From Bugula neritina (lineage: Eukaryota > Animalia > Bryozoa), in the NCBI GenBank assembly GCA_964035545.1, contig OZ037765.1:32797504-32861503 (forward strand): DNA of 64,000 nucleotides, given 5' to 3'. Shown piece by piece: positions 13,307 through 26,767 of the stretch. The notes beneath the pieces are model-generated. The model had not been told where the DNA came from and searched no databases. It saw nothing but the letters and a program-made list of their open reading frames with translations. A program made the translations under genes and the position numbers. The stretch's first letter is position 1, and every line of letters starts with the position of its first letter.

Positions 13307-13775
13307 GTTTGTGTGTCACATGTTTATTACTACTTCACAACATCATTATTACTACTCCGTAACTTATATTTATACACAACTCATATAGTATATAAAATAA
13401 TATCCAGGCTATAGGGTGTGGCTATAATCTCTGTACTCAGCCTGAGTTCCCTGTGTTATAGTAAGGGTAGAGTGTACTTATTTTGAAAGCCCTCCTCTCG
13501 AATGACCATGAATAAAATTATTAGGACTCGTGAAAATTTCATAAGTGATTCAAACATTTTTACTAATAATATGACCAACACAAAAACCCAGTATATTTGT
13601 AAAATTCATATTAGGTGCTAAAGCCACCAGTTTATCTGGGATATGAATTTGAAAAATCGTCAATGATATATTTGTAAAATATGAGTTGTAGTCACATGTA
13701 TATTTTTGTGCTGCATAACATACATATGTTATGTGTATTTTTATTCTCTTGTCACAGTATAACTTTATATTACAG

Positions 13776-13913
13776 TCTCAGTCAGCTGACTCAGTTAGAG
13801 ATACTAGACATAGGACCCAATACTCTCAACACAGTACCAGATGTTGTGTCATCACTCACATCACTTAAACAGTTGAAGATGAATAGATGTGGTATATCCA
13901 GTCTACCTGAGAG
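13776..13913 (+). CDS. LRR exon E2 (138 nt): LEILDIGPNTL...LKQLKMNRCGI
   Basis: Same splice signals, open frame. Confidence 0.92.
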
Positions 13914-14394
13914 GTTTGTGTGTCACATGTTTATTACTACTTCACAACATCATTATTACTACTCTGTAACTTATATTTATACACAACTTATATAGTATAT
14001 AAAATAATATCCAGGCTATAGGGTGTGCCTATAATCTCTGCACTCAGCCTGAATTCCCTGTGTTATACAATTAAATAGTAAGGGTAGAGTGTAATTATTT
14101 GGACAGCCCTCCTTTCGAATAACCATGAGTAAAATCATTAGGACTCGTGAAAAATTCATACATTAAGTGAATCAAACATTTTTAATATTCTGACATACAC
14201 AAAAACCAAGTATATTTGCAAGCGTCATGTTAGATGCTAAAGCTGTCGCTTTATCTGGGATATAACTTTGACAAATCATCAATAATATATTTGTAAAATA
14301 TGAGTTGTAGTCACGTGTACATCTCCAAGCTGCATAGAATACATATGTTATGCGTAATTTTATTCTCTTGTCACAGTATACCTTTATATTACAG

Positions 14395-14532
14395 TCTCTC
14401 CAAGCTGATTCAGTTAGAGACACTAGATATAGGATGGAATACTCTCAACACAGTACCAGATGTTGTGTCATCACTCACATCACTTAAACAGTTGGATATG
14501 AGTGAATGTAGAATATCCAGTCTACCTGAGAG
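14395..14532 (+). CDS. LRR exon E3 (138 nt): LETLDIGWNTL...LKQLDMSECRI
   Basis: Same splice signals, open frame. Confidence 0.92.
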
Positions 14533-15012
14533 GTTTGTGTGTCACATGTTTATTACTACTACACAATATTATTATTACTTCTCTGTAACTTATCTTTATA
14601 CACAACTTACATAATATATAAAATAATATCCAGGCTATAGGGTGTGGCTATTATTTTTGTACTCAGCCTAAGTTCTCTGGGTTTTACAATTAAATAGTTT
14701 TAGTAAAGTATAATTATTTGGAGAGCCCTCCTCTTGAATTATAATGAGTAAAGTTATTAGGACTCGTGAAAATCTTATAAGTGATTCATACACTTTTATT
14801 ATTTTGACATGCACAAGCAAACCCAGTATATTTGCAGGAGTCATACTATGAGCTGCTAAAGTCAAAGTTTTATCTGGGATATAACTTTGACAAACAATCA
14901 ATAAAATATTTGTTACATTTGGAGTTGTGGTCACATGCATATCTCTGCTGCATAAAATACATATGTTATGTGTAATTTTATTCTCTTGTCATAGCATATT
15001 TTTATATTACAG

Positions 15013-15153
15013 TCTCAATCAGCTGACTCAGTTAGAGATACTATACATAGGATACAATTATACTCTCAACACAGTACCAGATGTTGTGTCATCACTCACA
15101 TCACTTAAACAGTTGGATATGAATAGTTGTGGTATATCCAGTCTACCTGAGAG
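15013..15153 (+). CDS. LRR exon E4 (141 nt, one extra codon): LEILYIGYNYTL...LKQLDMNSCGI
   Basis: Same splice signals, in-frame 3-nt insertion. Confidence 0.92.
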
Positions 15154-15681
15154 GTTTGTGTGTCACATGTTTATTACTACTACACAACGTCCATATTTTC
15201 TTCCTATAATTTATATATATATATATAGACACAACTTATATAATATGAAAATAATATATAGGATACAAACCTTAGTTACATAATCTCTGTACTTAGCCTG
15301 AACTCCCTGTGTTTTGCAATGAAATGGCAAGGGTGGACTACAGTAATTTGGAGAGCCACCCTTAAGCATGACTATTTGCAGAACTAGTAAGACTTGCAAA
15401 AACTTTATAGGTTGTTTAAGGATTTTTATAATTATGACAAAGACTAAAACCTATCATATTGTAGCATAGTGTATATTCTAGTATATATATGTATATTAGT
15501 ATATAGTCATATGAAGTGCTATATATAGGCTGCTTTATGTGGGTATTAGTTTTAGCTATAATCAATATATCTGTGAAATACAGAGTTGTGGTCTCATGCA
15601 TATTTTAGTGTTGCATAATATACATAGTATGTTGTATGTAAAATTATTATTATTTTCTCATTGTATCTCTTTATATTACAG

Positions 15682-15819
15682 TCTCTCCCAGCTGACTCAG
15701 TTAGAGAAACTAGACATAGGAGAGAATCTTCTCAACACAGTACCAGATGCTGTGTCATCACTCACATCACTCAAATTGTTGAATATGAGTCACTGTGGAA
15801 TATCCAGTCTACCTGAGAG
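15682..15819 (+). CDS. LRR exon E5 (138 nt): LEKLDIGENLL...LKLLNMSHCGI
   Basis: Same splice signals, open frame. Confidence 0.92.
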
Positions 15820-16774
15820 GTTTGTGTGTCACATGTTTAATACTACTTCACAATATTTTTATTATCTCCTTTTAAATTATATATATATATAACACCACTT
15901 AAAGCATATAAAATAATATACAGGATACAAAGCTTACTCGTATTACCTTTACTCAGCCTGAGTCTCTTGTGTTATACAATCAGTCTAGAAGTAACCTCCC
16001 AAAAATTCACGAAAAATTAACTTATTACACTTTACTAGGTAGCAACTCAAAAACAGTTGTTATTCTAGATCAAAATTTACATATTATTCTCTAGATCTTC
16101 ATCTGTACTCCAATTACTCAAATTATTTCACAAAAAACAAATAGACATATTGAATGAGTAATAAAAATCATTGCAGATAGTGCAATATAGCATCCACTAT
16201 TACGTAGCCATCTACAAAAACAATCTAAATATGTGAGAGACCAAAATTCAGTGTTTTTTATAATTCTACACTGATTCTAAATCTATAAATAGCAAAACAC
16301 TATTTTTATTCAAAACCGGGTTGTCAAGAGAAACACATGTTTGCTATATGGAAGCCACGTTATATTTGGCTGAAGCCTATATAATAAGTATCTTAAAGTA
16401 ATGTAGCTAATTATATATAATATATATATATATAATGTAATTATAGATCAAAAGCTTCTTATGCTGATGTGTTAAAGAATTAAGTGTTTTAGAGATATAT
16501 ACTATAATAGATGCATGTTGAAATCTTTTGAGCACTGACTAAATGAGTCTTCTATAATCTCTTAATATCTGTAAAAAGTAACAAGATTCTTTAAATTTAT
16601 TTTGAAATCACAAAAATATTGGGATGATTAAAACATGTATATTGTAAAATTTTTTATTTGAAGCAAAATATATAACAAATGTTTCAAAAAAGTGCTTCAT
16701 TGTATATTATAGTTTTCTTACCATCATTATATTCCTGTCATCGATTTCATTTGCTTATTTTTTTCTAAAGTATC

Positions 16775-17100
16775 TTCTGTTTAAACAATCATCGCATTGA
16801 CATACACCAGTGCACTGTACTTGAGATTTCTGACATTCATATCAGGATGTATTGCAGCAGCATTATAATATGTCTTTCAATAAATTTTTGGGCACAAGGG
16901 CTTGTGTCAGTCATTTTATAGTGATGCTACCAGTCTCAACAATTTCTACCCTTAATAATCTGGAAATGGTGCATTGACAGAAGCAATCGTTGTCCTTCTC
17001 TTGGTGGCTGTTTGATATATATTTTACGTGCAGCATAAGTTTTCTTTTGTGGGGAAAGCTGCAAATTTTATTGTGTCATCTTTGTTGGAGAACAGAATAA
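16775..17100 (-). pseudogene. Old Academ-type transposase C-terminal remnant within a roughly 1.4-kb insertion in intron E5-E6
   Basis: Minus-strand translation IK*LTQALVPKNLLKDIL*CCCNTS*YECQKSQVQCTGVCQCDDCLN resembles the Cys-rich tail at 21364-21552; several stops. Confidence 0.5.
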
Positions 17101-17724
17101 AGCATATCAAACATCATCTCTGCTTATTTACAAACTTTCTATTTATTCATGCAGTTGCAATTGCGACTTGAAGTATGCTTTCCAAATTGTTCAAAGCTTT
17201 CAGAACTTTCTGAATGTTTTTTTATAACAAGGAGTAAATTGGTTACTTTTTTTTCCATATAGCCTAAGTGCTAACCCAATTGCAGCCTGGTTATAGAACA
17301 TAGAAGTGCTGCACTGCACACAACTCATATCCTAGTTCATTTGCAGCAAAATTGACATCTAATTATATATCATATATGATCACGTTTTGTGAATGAATAC
17401 AAATTTCTATAAAAAGTTTTCATAGGTTGTTTAAGGATTTTTATAATTATGACAAAGACCAAAACCTAGCATATTGTAGTATAGTGTATATTTTAGTATA
17501 TATGTATATTAGTATATAGTCATATGAAGTGCTATATAGGCTGCTTTATCTGGGTATTATTTTAACTTATAATCAATATATCTGTGAAATACAGAGTTGT
17601 GGCTTCACGCATGATATTGTATCTGTTAGTAGTATGGTATAGTATAATTGTCCGTATTGCATAATATACATATGTTGTATGCAAAATGTTTATTATCTTC
17701 TCATTGTATAACTATATATTACAG

Positions 17725-17862
17725 TCTCTCTCGGCTGACTCAGTTAGAGATACTAGACATGGGAAACAATACTCTCAACACAGTGCCAGATGTTGTGTCA
17801 TCACTCACATCACTTAAACAGTTGAAGATGAATAGATGTGGTATATCCAGTCTACCTGAGAG
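17725..17862 (+). CDS. LRR exon E6 (138 nt): LEILDMGNNTL...LKQLKMNRCGI
   Basis: Same splice signals, open frame. Confidence 0.92.
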
Positions 17863-18640
17863 GTTTGTGTGTCACATGTTTATTATTTCTTCTTAACATC
17901 ATAACCATCTCCCTTTAAATTATATTTATACATAACTATTAGTATATAAGATATGTACAGGTTATAAATGTGTATGTAGGTAGAATTTTGTACCCACCTT
18001 AAGGTTTTGGTAAAATACAATGAGATGGAAAAGGTGGAGTGCATCATGAATTGAAAAGCCACCCTCTCTCATGAAAAAGTGAATTATAGTTTTGTTTTAC
18101 TACTGTATTGAAATACCACAGTACTGCCTAGCTATAATGTAAAACTCTATAGCTAAGCATTTTGCTAAAGTTTTCATGTGGAAAGAATACTAAATATAGA
18201 ATATTAATGAAGAAAACAATGGTCTAGGGGTTTGAGCCCCGACAAAGGCTATTGATGATGTTAGGAAGACTACCCAGTCATAATTGCTCCTGTGCCTCAT
18301 CTGAATAAGTCCATAGCCCCATTTAACAAAAATCCTTTCATCAGGTATTTTCTCACAGGGATGGTGATTATAAACTTGCGTCAGTTTTATCTTTAAATAA
18401 AATAAAAAAAATCATTTGTTATATAAAGTGATAACAGCTACTAGTGATATAATTTGTTACTGATCACTATCAAATCAAATGGTATCCATTATTAGATGAA
18501 ACAAGTTAAGGTAAAATATCATGAGGATTGCAAAAATATTTTTGTTTTGTTGTTAGAATTTTTCAGAACTGTAAACTGCTGCATATGATACTTTATTCTC
18601 TTCCTGTTGTAAATGTTTATATTATATTTTTATATTACAG

Positions 18641-18778
18641 TTTCTCCCAGCTGACTCAGTTAGAGGAACTAGACATAGGAGACAATACTCTCAACACAGT
18701 ACCAGATGTTGTGTCATCACTCACATCACTTAAACAGTTGAAGATGAATAGTTGTGGTATATCCAGTCTACCTGAGAG
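18641..18778 (+). CDS. LRR exon E7 (138 nt): LEELDIGDNTL...LKQLKMNSCGI
   Basis: Same splice signals, open frame. Confidence 0.92.
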
Positions 18779-19555
18779 GTTTGTGTGTCACATGTTTATT
18801 ATTTCTTCTTAACATCATAACCATCTCCCTTTAAATTATATTTATACATAACTATTAGTATATAAGATATGTACAGGTTATAAATGTGTATGTAGAAATT
18901 TGTACCCACTTTAAGGTTTTGGTAAAATACAATGAGATGGAAAAGGTGGAGTGCATCATGAATTGAAAAGCCACCCTCTTTCATGAAAAAGTGAATTATA
19001 ATTTTGTTTTACTACTGTATTGAAATACCACAGTACTGCCTAGCTATAATGTAAAATTTTGTTGCTACTAAGCATTTTGCTAAAGATTTCATGTGGAACG
19101 AAGACTAGATATAGGATATTATTAAAGAAAACAGTGGTCTAGGGGCTTGAACCCTGACAAAGGCCATTGGTGATGTTAGGAAGACTACCCAGTCATAATT
19201 GCTTTTGTGCCTCATCTGAATAATTCCTAGCTTAGCCCAATTTAACAAAAATCCTTTCCACCGAGTTTTTCACAGAGATGGTGATTATAAATTTGCGTCA
19301 GTTTTATTTTTAAATAAAATAATAAAATCATTTGTTATATAAAGCGATAACAGCTACTAGTGATATAATTTGTTACTGATCACTATTACATCAAATGGTA
19401 TTCATTATTAGATGAAACAAGTTAAGGTAAAATATCACAAGGATTGGAAAAAACATTTTTGTTTTGTTGATAGAATTTTTCAGAACTATAAACTGCTGCA
19501 TGATATTTCATTATTTTCCTGATGTAAATTTTTATATCATATTTTTGTATTACAG

Positions 19556-19693
19556 TCTCTCCCAGCTGACTCAGTTAGATATACTATACATACAACAGAA
19601 TCATCTCAACACAGTACCAGATGTTGTGTCATCACTCACATCACTTAAACAGCTGGATATGAGTTACTGTAGTAGAGTTGGTCTACCTGAGAG
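19556..19693 (+). CDS. LRR exon E8 (138 nt): LDILYIQQNHL...LKQLDMSYCSRVG
   Basis: Same splice signals, open frame. Confidence 0.9.
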
Positions 19694-20168
19694 GTTTGTG
19701 TGTCACATGTTTATTACTACTTCACAACATCACTAATACTACTCTGTAACTTATATTTATACACAACTTATATAGTACATATAATATAACATACAGGGCA
19801 CAGAGTATAGCTATAGTTTCTGTACTTAGCCTTAATTCCCTGTGTTAGACAAGTAGCTGGTAAAGGTGCAGTGTAAAAATTGGAAAAAATTTAAACCTCT
19901 TTAATTGACTATGTGTAGGATGATGAAAGGAGTTGTATTATTTATATATGAATATGTAAGATAGTTTACAAGGATGTGTAAAGTTTGGAAAAGATACCCT
20001 CTTTCTATATGACTATAAGCTGTATTATAAATTAGGAGTTGTATTATTTTCATACGAATATTTTGCGTAGTTTAGAATAATTGTATGCATTATAATATGT
20101 TATTAGGAATTAAATATACAGCAATAATGTGGTTTATATTTTATATCATAACATTAAATTGTCTGTAT

Positions 20169-23100
20169 GCGTAGGGCCACACAACGCGGGTTTTCTGCAT
20201 GCGGGTCCAAATTTTAGGAAACCTGTTCTGGGAACAACTTGCCACACAAATAGCGTGGATTGTGGGTGCGGAAACTCATTGGCTGATGATCTTATAGTTT
20301 AACTTTACTGCTCGCCTACAGACATTCGTTTTTTAAATTTACATCACCGGCAAAGTTAGTGGGGGTGCCAACATGCAAAAATGGGCGGGTGGAGCACATC
20401 AATACTAACCTTTGTTGCTATATATCACTGCAAAGCCAACATTCTACTGATCTCAGATCTGCAAGTACCTTTTTTGTATCTGGGGGGGTTCTCTCGTGAG
20501 AGGGGTGAATATACAGGGGTTCAGCATTTTTCAAGGGGGGACTATGGAACTATAAATATTTAATTTTCTGAGTAGTTTAAGTTTGACATTAAAAATATTT
20601 TCAAGGAATGTTGTACACATATGAAACTTTCTCTAACAAAAGTTTTGACCAAAAATAAAAAAGTGGGCGGAGCCTATAATATGACAAACTACTTTTTTGC
20701 ATATACCGGATATTCTCTAAACTGCTACTTTTCTGTTCTAGCATTTAGAATGTTGATTTTTGGTATGAAAATACTCTATTGTGTTCTAATAATGCTCTCC
20801 AATTTTCATTACATTCTGAACTATATAACTTCTTTCCCAACCATGACAAATAAAAAACATAAAACGGGAGTTATCTCCTCCGTTATAAATTATTGCATTT
20901 CTACCCAATAATATTGCTCTTTGTTGATAGGAACAACATCAGCATGATAAAAATGTATTCTTAGTGTATTTATATTAGCTTATTGACTTATTTTGAGTAA
21001 TTGATTACGATCAACACTATTAAGTATTAATATTCAATATTTACTGTATAAATTGAGTGTCAGCAATAATTAACAGACCACTAATATTTGATTTTTTTAT
21101 CCATAAGTATAGTAACATAAAATATGGTTCATAAAAAAGTAATATTATGATTTCAGCATCACAAACAATTACTATGCTCTTTTATATCAGATATTGATAG
21201 ACATTTTTAATTGTATTTATTTATAAATAAGATAGTATTTAAATTTTAATTTACAATAGATCAAGCTTTATTACAAAGTTTTGTTATCTCTAGCGTTTAT
21301 ATACCAAATTAAATATATTATAATTCTTCATCAGAACTGTGTTTGTTGCCACCATCATCATAATCAGGCTTTGTTTGAAAAAGAAGACTGGCCACTTTTG
21401 TTGTTGCAATCGAAACATTTACATAAACCACAGCATTTCATCATCAGGCGCTTGCATTTGCATGCTTTACTCTTACAGCCTGCTTTTTTGCATTTACATG
21501 CTGTTAAAATCACATCTGCGTTGCTCTCAAAATCATATTTTATTGGAGTCAAGTTAGTATTCCAACCATGGTCAAAAATTGGCTAATGAAGTAAAATAGG
21601 TGTTAAAGCAAGTTGCCAAAGTGTAACTTGATAATTGGCTCGTTTCACGTGATATTCTAGGGAATTCCTACTAGGTGGTAGCCGTGCTTCACTGGAGACA
21701 TTTTTTAAAGCCAATATTTTATATCTTGCTTCAGTGATATCATCATAGGCACCGTATAAGTTGGAGACAAATCATTCACACTCTAAGTATGTTTCATCTG
21801 ATAATGGGGACCAATCATCAGAACCTAAAGACAGATTATAGCTTCCCTTTTCAAGTACCTCCAAAGCACGCTTTTTAGATATTCTGAAGATAGAACTTAC
21901 AGAGTCGCAACCTGTAAGTGCATGGAGTGATAACAGATTCTTGAGAACTTTTTGTGGAATTATTTTGGCTAATTCAAAAAGAGATATATATCTTCTGTGA
22001 CTCCCCATTCCAACAAAGATTACTACATCTTTATTAGCCTGCTCAGGTAAAACATTACTAAGATGATGTTAAGCGCAATAATAGCAACATTAGTATCTAC
22101 TGATCTTATTACTACCAAATCATAATCACTCAGTGCATCAGCTGCGTGAAGGATTAATCTCGTGTCTGCTTCATCATGATTGGATGTCAATTTGTTACAA
22201 TTGTAACGATGATGGTTTTGCAGAACACAGACTTCTTTGGCGCTACACACTAAAAATGTACCAGCTGGAATTTTCTCAATATGTCTACTCCATGCACCTT
22301 CATTATGTAATCTACCAACTCATTTTTGTTGTGAACATTGCTCAGAAAAGCACTCCAGTTTTTAGGAACAGGCACGTTGTTATGAATAATGGAAATAGAT
22401 CACATCTATTGGGCACCCCGTCTAATACGCTCTTGTGCTTTAATTGATGTTTCAGAATACACGTCAACCCTTGTATATCCTTTGCCACATTCAAAAAATA
22501 TTTCCAACATCTTCAGAGCGTAGTTATAAAAAGTGCCTGATGTTTTTGTTGAGTGAAGTATGCACATACCATCAATAATGATCGATTTGTTGGTGGACAG
22601 TTGACTATCATCATTGGAGACCCTGTTTCCAAGATATTTCTGTTCCAAAATATGCATTAGTTGCGATTTGCATGTTTTTCTCATCTGTACGTTTTCAGTA
22701 AATAGAGCAAGAGGAATGGGACCAATTTCTTTCTCTAGAACTGTATGCAAATTTACTTCTAGGCTTTTGGCACTTATGAGAAGTTGAGTAAATGATATTT
22801 TAGGAACATTTGGTTTAATGGCCGGTTGAAGTGATTTAGCCACAAAGTCAAAGGAAGGGATTTTAAGCCGGTGAATAGCAGTGTAAAATGGTTTTATTGC
22901 ATTCAAGAGTCTATCTTGAATAAACTTTTGAGCCGTTTCTGCTCCCTGAGCAATAACAGTCACTATTGACAAGGAGGTCTCCGCATCGGGACTTACTCCA
23001 GTAGCAATATTAATAAGTTCAGTTGAATTATTGCTAAACAACTTAACATCAAACTGCTGTAATGTAAAAAGAATTGCTTGTATATCAATCTCATCCTTCA

Positions 23101-25767
23101 TAGTTGTAATGATTGTGTCTTCCTTGTGTAGTGTTGATGACTGTGAGGCTATTTGGCAAAAATCCTTTTACAAAGAAAGCAGTTGGGCTCTGATATGACT
23201 AGTTAAGAACCATTTTGTCCGAGCTTCTTCGTGGTTGCTAATGCCAATAATACCTCCAGATGTTTTACTGTCTCGGTTCAAAGTTTGCTCCAAGACCTGA
23301 TCTGGAGCCTTACCTGCAAATTTTTTTTTGTCCTGTTTACAGTGAATGAACCCTTTGCAAACATTCCATAAACTTCTGGAGCAGATTCAGGCAAATTTAG
23401 CATATCAATAAGGTATATAGGCAGCCACCTTGAGTAGTTTGTGCGATCATACGCAAACAATACTGGTAGCATTGCCCGCATACTGTCCAAATATAATTGC
23501 CAGTTGCCACTACGCTCAGCTCGAATAAATCCCAACATGGCTTCTACTGCATGAAGGTAGGAACTCCAGAACATTGAAGGGTTAGATTTTAATTTAGTAT
23601 CAGAATCAAAATTTTTTATAGCAGTAGCAACTTTATCTGCGACAGTGGTCCATTCACGTAAGTTATCATCAATAGAAATATTATGAGAATCTGATGGTTC
23701 AAAATGATCATTTTCTTGAAGCTATTCCAAAAGAGATTTTAGTTTCTGCCTTGATATTGCCTCATACAAAATATTGTGCGCCCGTACACCTCTGTTATAA
23801 TGCTTACCACATAGCACCTGTTTCACTGTAACTTCAGAATATATATCACTGTGCACAAGAACTTGGGCGAGGTCGCTTGATTTTACCATTTTGCCAAGTG
23901 CTGCCATGTAATTCATCAAGATATAAAAACCGGCCATTCGAATTATTGTGTTTGAAAATTCAGTTGGTTTGTTCCATTGAATCTCTTTGGCAATCTTGTA
24001 GATAGCTTGGTCAAATGTAATTACTGAATGTTTCTGAGTTAAAACTTCCATGGTTTTTTTAGCTGCAGAAGGATTGTATAAATTGTTGATGGATCTGTTG
24101 ATGGTGCATTAATCATTGGGCAATACCCAATGACTGATCTTTTATTATCTTCTGTGGCAACCAAATTTCTTACATTAAAGCTACTCCAGCTGAGGCAATT
24201 ATGTGTAGAAGGAATTATATCTAATTGAAATAGTTTGATTGGGGTAAGTCTTGCCAATAGCCATGCTGTATTTAGATTACATGAATCCTCAAGTGACTTT
24301 TTCATATTCAGCAATGTCTCTTGACTAAGTTTTGTGATAAAATATGATTTTGAGAGCAACGCAGATGTGATTTTAACAGCATGTAAATGCAAAAAAGCAG
24401 GCTGTAAGAGTAAAGCATGCAAATGCAAGCGCCTGATGATGAAATGCTGTGGTTTATGTGAATGTTTCGATTGCAACAACAAAAGTGGCCAGTCTTCTTT
24501 TTCAAACAAAGCCTGATTATGATGATGGTGGCAACAAACACAGTTCTGATGAAGAATTATAATATATTTAATTTGGTATATAAACGCTAGAGATAACAAA
24601 ACTTTGTAATAAAGCTTGATCTATTGTAAATTAAAATTTAAATACTATCTTATTTATAAATAAATACAATTAAAAATGTCTATCAATATCTGATATAAAA
24701 GAGCATAGTAATTGCTTGTGATGCTGAAATCATAATATTACTTTTTTATGAACCATATTTTATGTTACTATACTTATGGATAAAAAAATCAAATATTAGT
24801 GGTCTGTTAATTATTGCTGACACTCAATTTATACAGTAAATATTGAATATTAATACTTAATAGTGTTGATCGTAATCAATTACTCAAAATAAGTCAATAA
24901 GCTAATATAAATACACTAAGAATACATTTTTATCATGCTGATGTTGTTCCTATCAACAAAGAGCAATATTATTGGGTAGAAATGCAATAATTTATAACGG
25001 AGGAGATAACTCCCGTTTTATGTTTTTTATTTGTCATGGTTGGGAAAGAAGTTATATAGTTCAGAATGTAATGAAAATTGGAGAGCATTATTAGAACACA
25101 ATAGAGTATTTTCATACCAAAAATCAACATTCTAAATGCTAGAACAGAAAAGTAGCAGTTTAGAGAATATCCGGTATATGCAAAAAAGTAGTTTGTCATA
25201 TTATAGGCTCCGCCCACTTTTTTATTTTTGGTCAAAACTTTTGTTAGAGAAAGTTTCATATGTGTACAACATTCCTTGAAAATATTTTTAATGTCAAACT
25301 TAAACTACTCAGAAAATTAAATATTTAGAGTTCTATAGTCCCCCCTTGAAAAATGCTGAACCCCTGTATATCCACCCCTCTCACGAGAGAACCCCCCCCC
25401 AGATACAAAAAAGGTACTTGCAGATCTGAGATCAGTAGAATGTTGGCTTTGCAGTGATATATAGCAACAAAGGTTAGTATTGATGTGCTCCACCCGCCCA
25501 TTTTTGCATGTTGGCACCCCCACTAAGTGACTTTCAATATTATAAAAGCGAAAATGGAAACTATATGGAACTGTTTTGATTCAGTTCGCTAAAAATTAAA
25601 ACTCGAATGGAAATTAAAGAAGTGTGCTTGCTAAATGGTAATCAGCCAATTACATCAAACTTACACAAGCTTTCTGCACTTCCGTCTCAGCATGTTATCA
25701 GCATGGAAACCCGCACGCAACAGCCCATTTTTGGGCTAGACGGGTCTCCCCGCATGTTGCCCTACGC
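20169..25767. mobile_element. Harbinger-like MITE (about 0.44 kb), copy 1, interrupted by Academ
   Basis: Terminus GCGTAGGGCCACAC; uninterrupted copies at 39055-39511 and 44053-44484. Confidence 0.6.
20357..25525 (-). mobile_element. Academ (AcademX-like) DNA transposon, decayed, with about 1.19-kb inverted arms (20357-21543 / 24337-25525)
   Basis: TAG...CTA termini and 3-bp TSD AGT, confirmed by the empty site near 39241 (GGCAAAGTGAC); fragments FDQAIYKIAKEIQW, GKHYNRGVRAH, GNWQLYL, FAYDRTNYSRW, HDEADTR, HALTGCD, Cys-rich tail. Confidence 0.88.
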
Positions 25768-25817
25768 TAAGCTGACTAAGTTATTTGTAATAACTATGTA
25801 ACAAGTCATTATTCTTA

Positions 25818-26200
25818 AGGCCTGGCCACACACTCGTAAGAATCACGCAACATTTGTGTGGATATTTTTGTGAGTTATCCTCTCGTTATGACCAGCCACA
25901 CGTTCATTGGAAAAAAAAGACATAATAAATAGTCAGTGAGTGAGTGTTCCGCTAGATACAAACAGCAAAAGATTGCCAGTCAGAGAAACGTGGTAGAACT
26001 GAAATAATCACTGTTGCTAAACTTCTATTGACCATTCAAGTGTTGCTTATCGTCAATCGCGTTCTTTCATCCAGCGTCTTTGGTGGGTGCACCCAGCGAG
26101 CACAATTTCGTATGAATTCTCTCAAATTTGATTGCACGTCTTGTGTTTTTGTGTAAAATAGACGATTTCGTGTGATTTTCATGAGTGTATGGCTAGGCCT
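25818..26200. mobile_element. PIF/Harbinger-like MITE (383 bp)
   Basis: TIR AGGCCTGGCCACACACTC/GAGTGTATGGCTAGGCCT, TTA TSD; empty site in the paralogous introns (about 39558 and 44531). Confidence 0.8.
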
Positions 26201-26638
26201 TTAGCAGTGAATAGAAAAGAGCTGCCTAAAATCAACCAGCAAGCTTTGTGCAAAAGCTCTCAATAATCTTATAAATTACATTATGCAGACCTGTTTACTC
26301 TGGACACTTTGAAACAAAACAGCATCCTAGGTTAAACACGAAGATATTGAAAACATAGTTTAGCATGTATTGATCCAGAATTAGTAACATTCAGCCATGA
26401 CAATATTGTGTGAAAGTTTTCAATCTGAAGTGAATCTGTATTATATTTATGGCAAAGATTATATGAAGTATTATCATCCTGCTTTATTCAGGATGTTATT
26501 TTGACTGATACTTGATAATATTTGTCTAAAATAAAAACATGTGATATTTGAATCATACTTATATAAGTACTGCATGTTATACTTATATTGTATGCAACTT
26601 TGTTCTTTTCTTATATTCTGTATATCTTTATGTTCCAG

Positions 26639-26767
26639 TGTAAATCAGCTGACTCAGTTAAAGACACCAGGCATAGTAGACAAAAGCCTCAAGACAGCAC
26701 CAGATGTTGTGTCATCACTTAAGCAGTTGAAATTGAATAGATGTGGAATATCCAGTCTACCTGAAAG
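26639..26767 (+). CDS. Divergent LRR exon E9 (129 nt, 9-nt in-frame deletion); possibly a pseudo-exon
   Basis: tgttccag acceptor, GAAAG|gtttgt donor; L-to-P change in the LRR strand. Confidence 0.6.

Noticed and set aside
13550-13835. RAG-type recombination signals (CACAGTA in exons, ACAAAAACC at 13580)
   Set aside because: The heptamer-like and nonamer-like words are not 12 or 23 bp apart in the cases checked, and CACAGTA is explained by the N-T-V codons.
13169-19693. CRISPR-like repeat-spacer array
   Set aside because: The repeats are coding exons with splice sites, the spacers are homologous to each other, the context is eukaryotic and there are no cas genes.
13101-19736. ORF-track proteins with hydrophobic N-termini (signal-peptide-like) ahead of each LRR pair, read as separate small genes
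   Set aside because: The extensions are translated intron (pyrimidine-rich tract). Conservation rises sharply at the AG acceptor, and E10 and E13 lack such ORFs.
20621-21586. ORFs duplicated on the opposite strand at 24039-25259
   Set aside because: A by-product of the Academ inverted arms; only the Cys-rich frame is real coding sequence.
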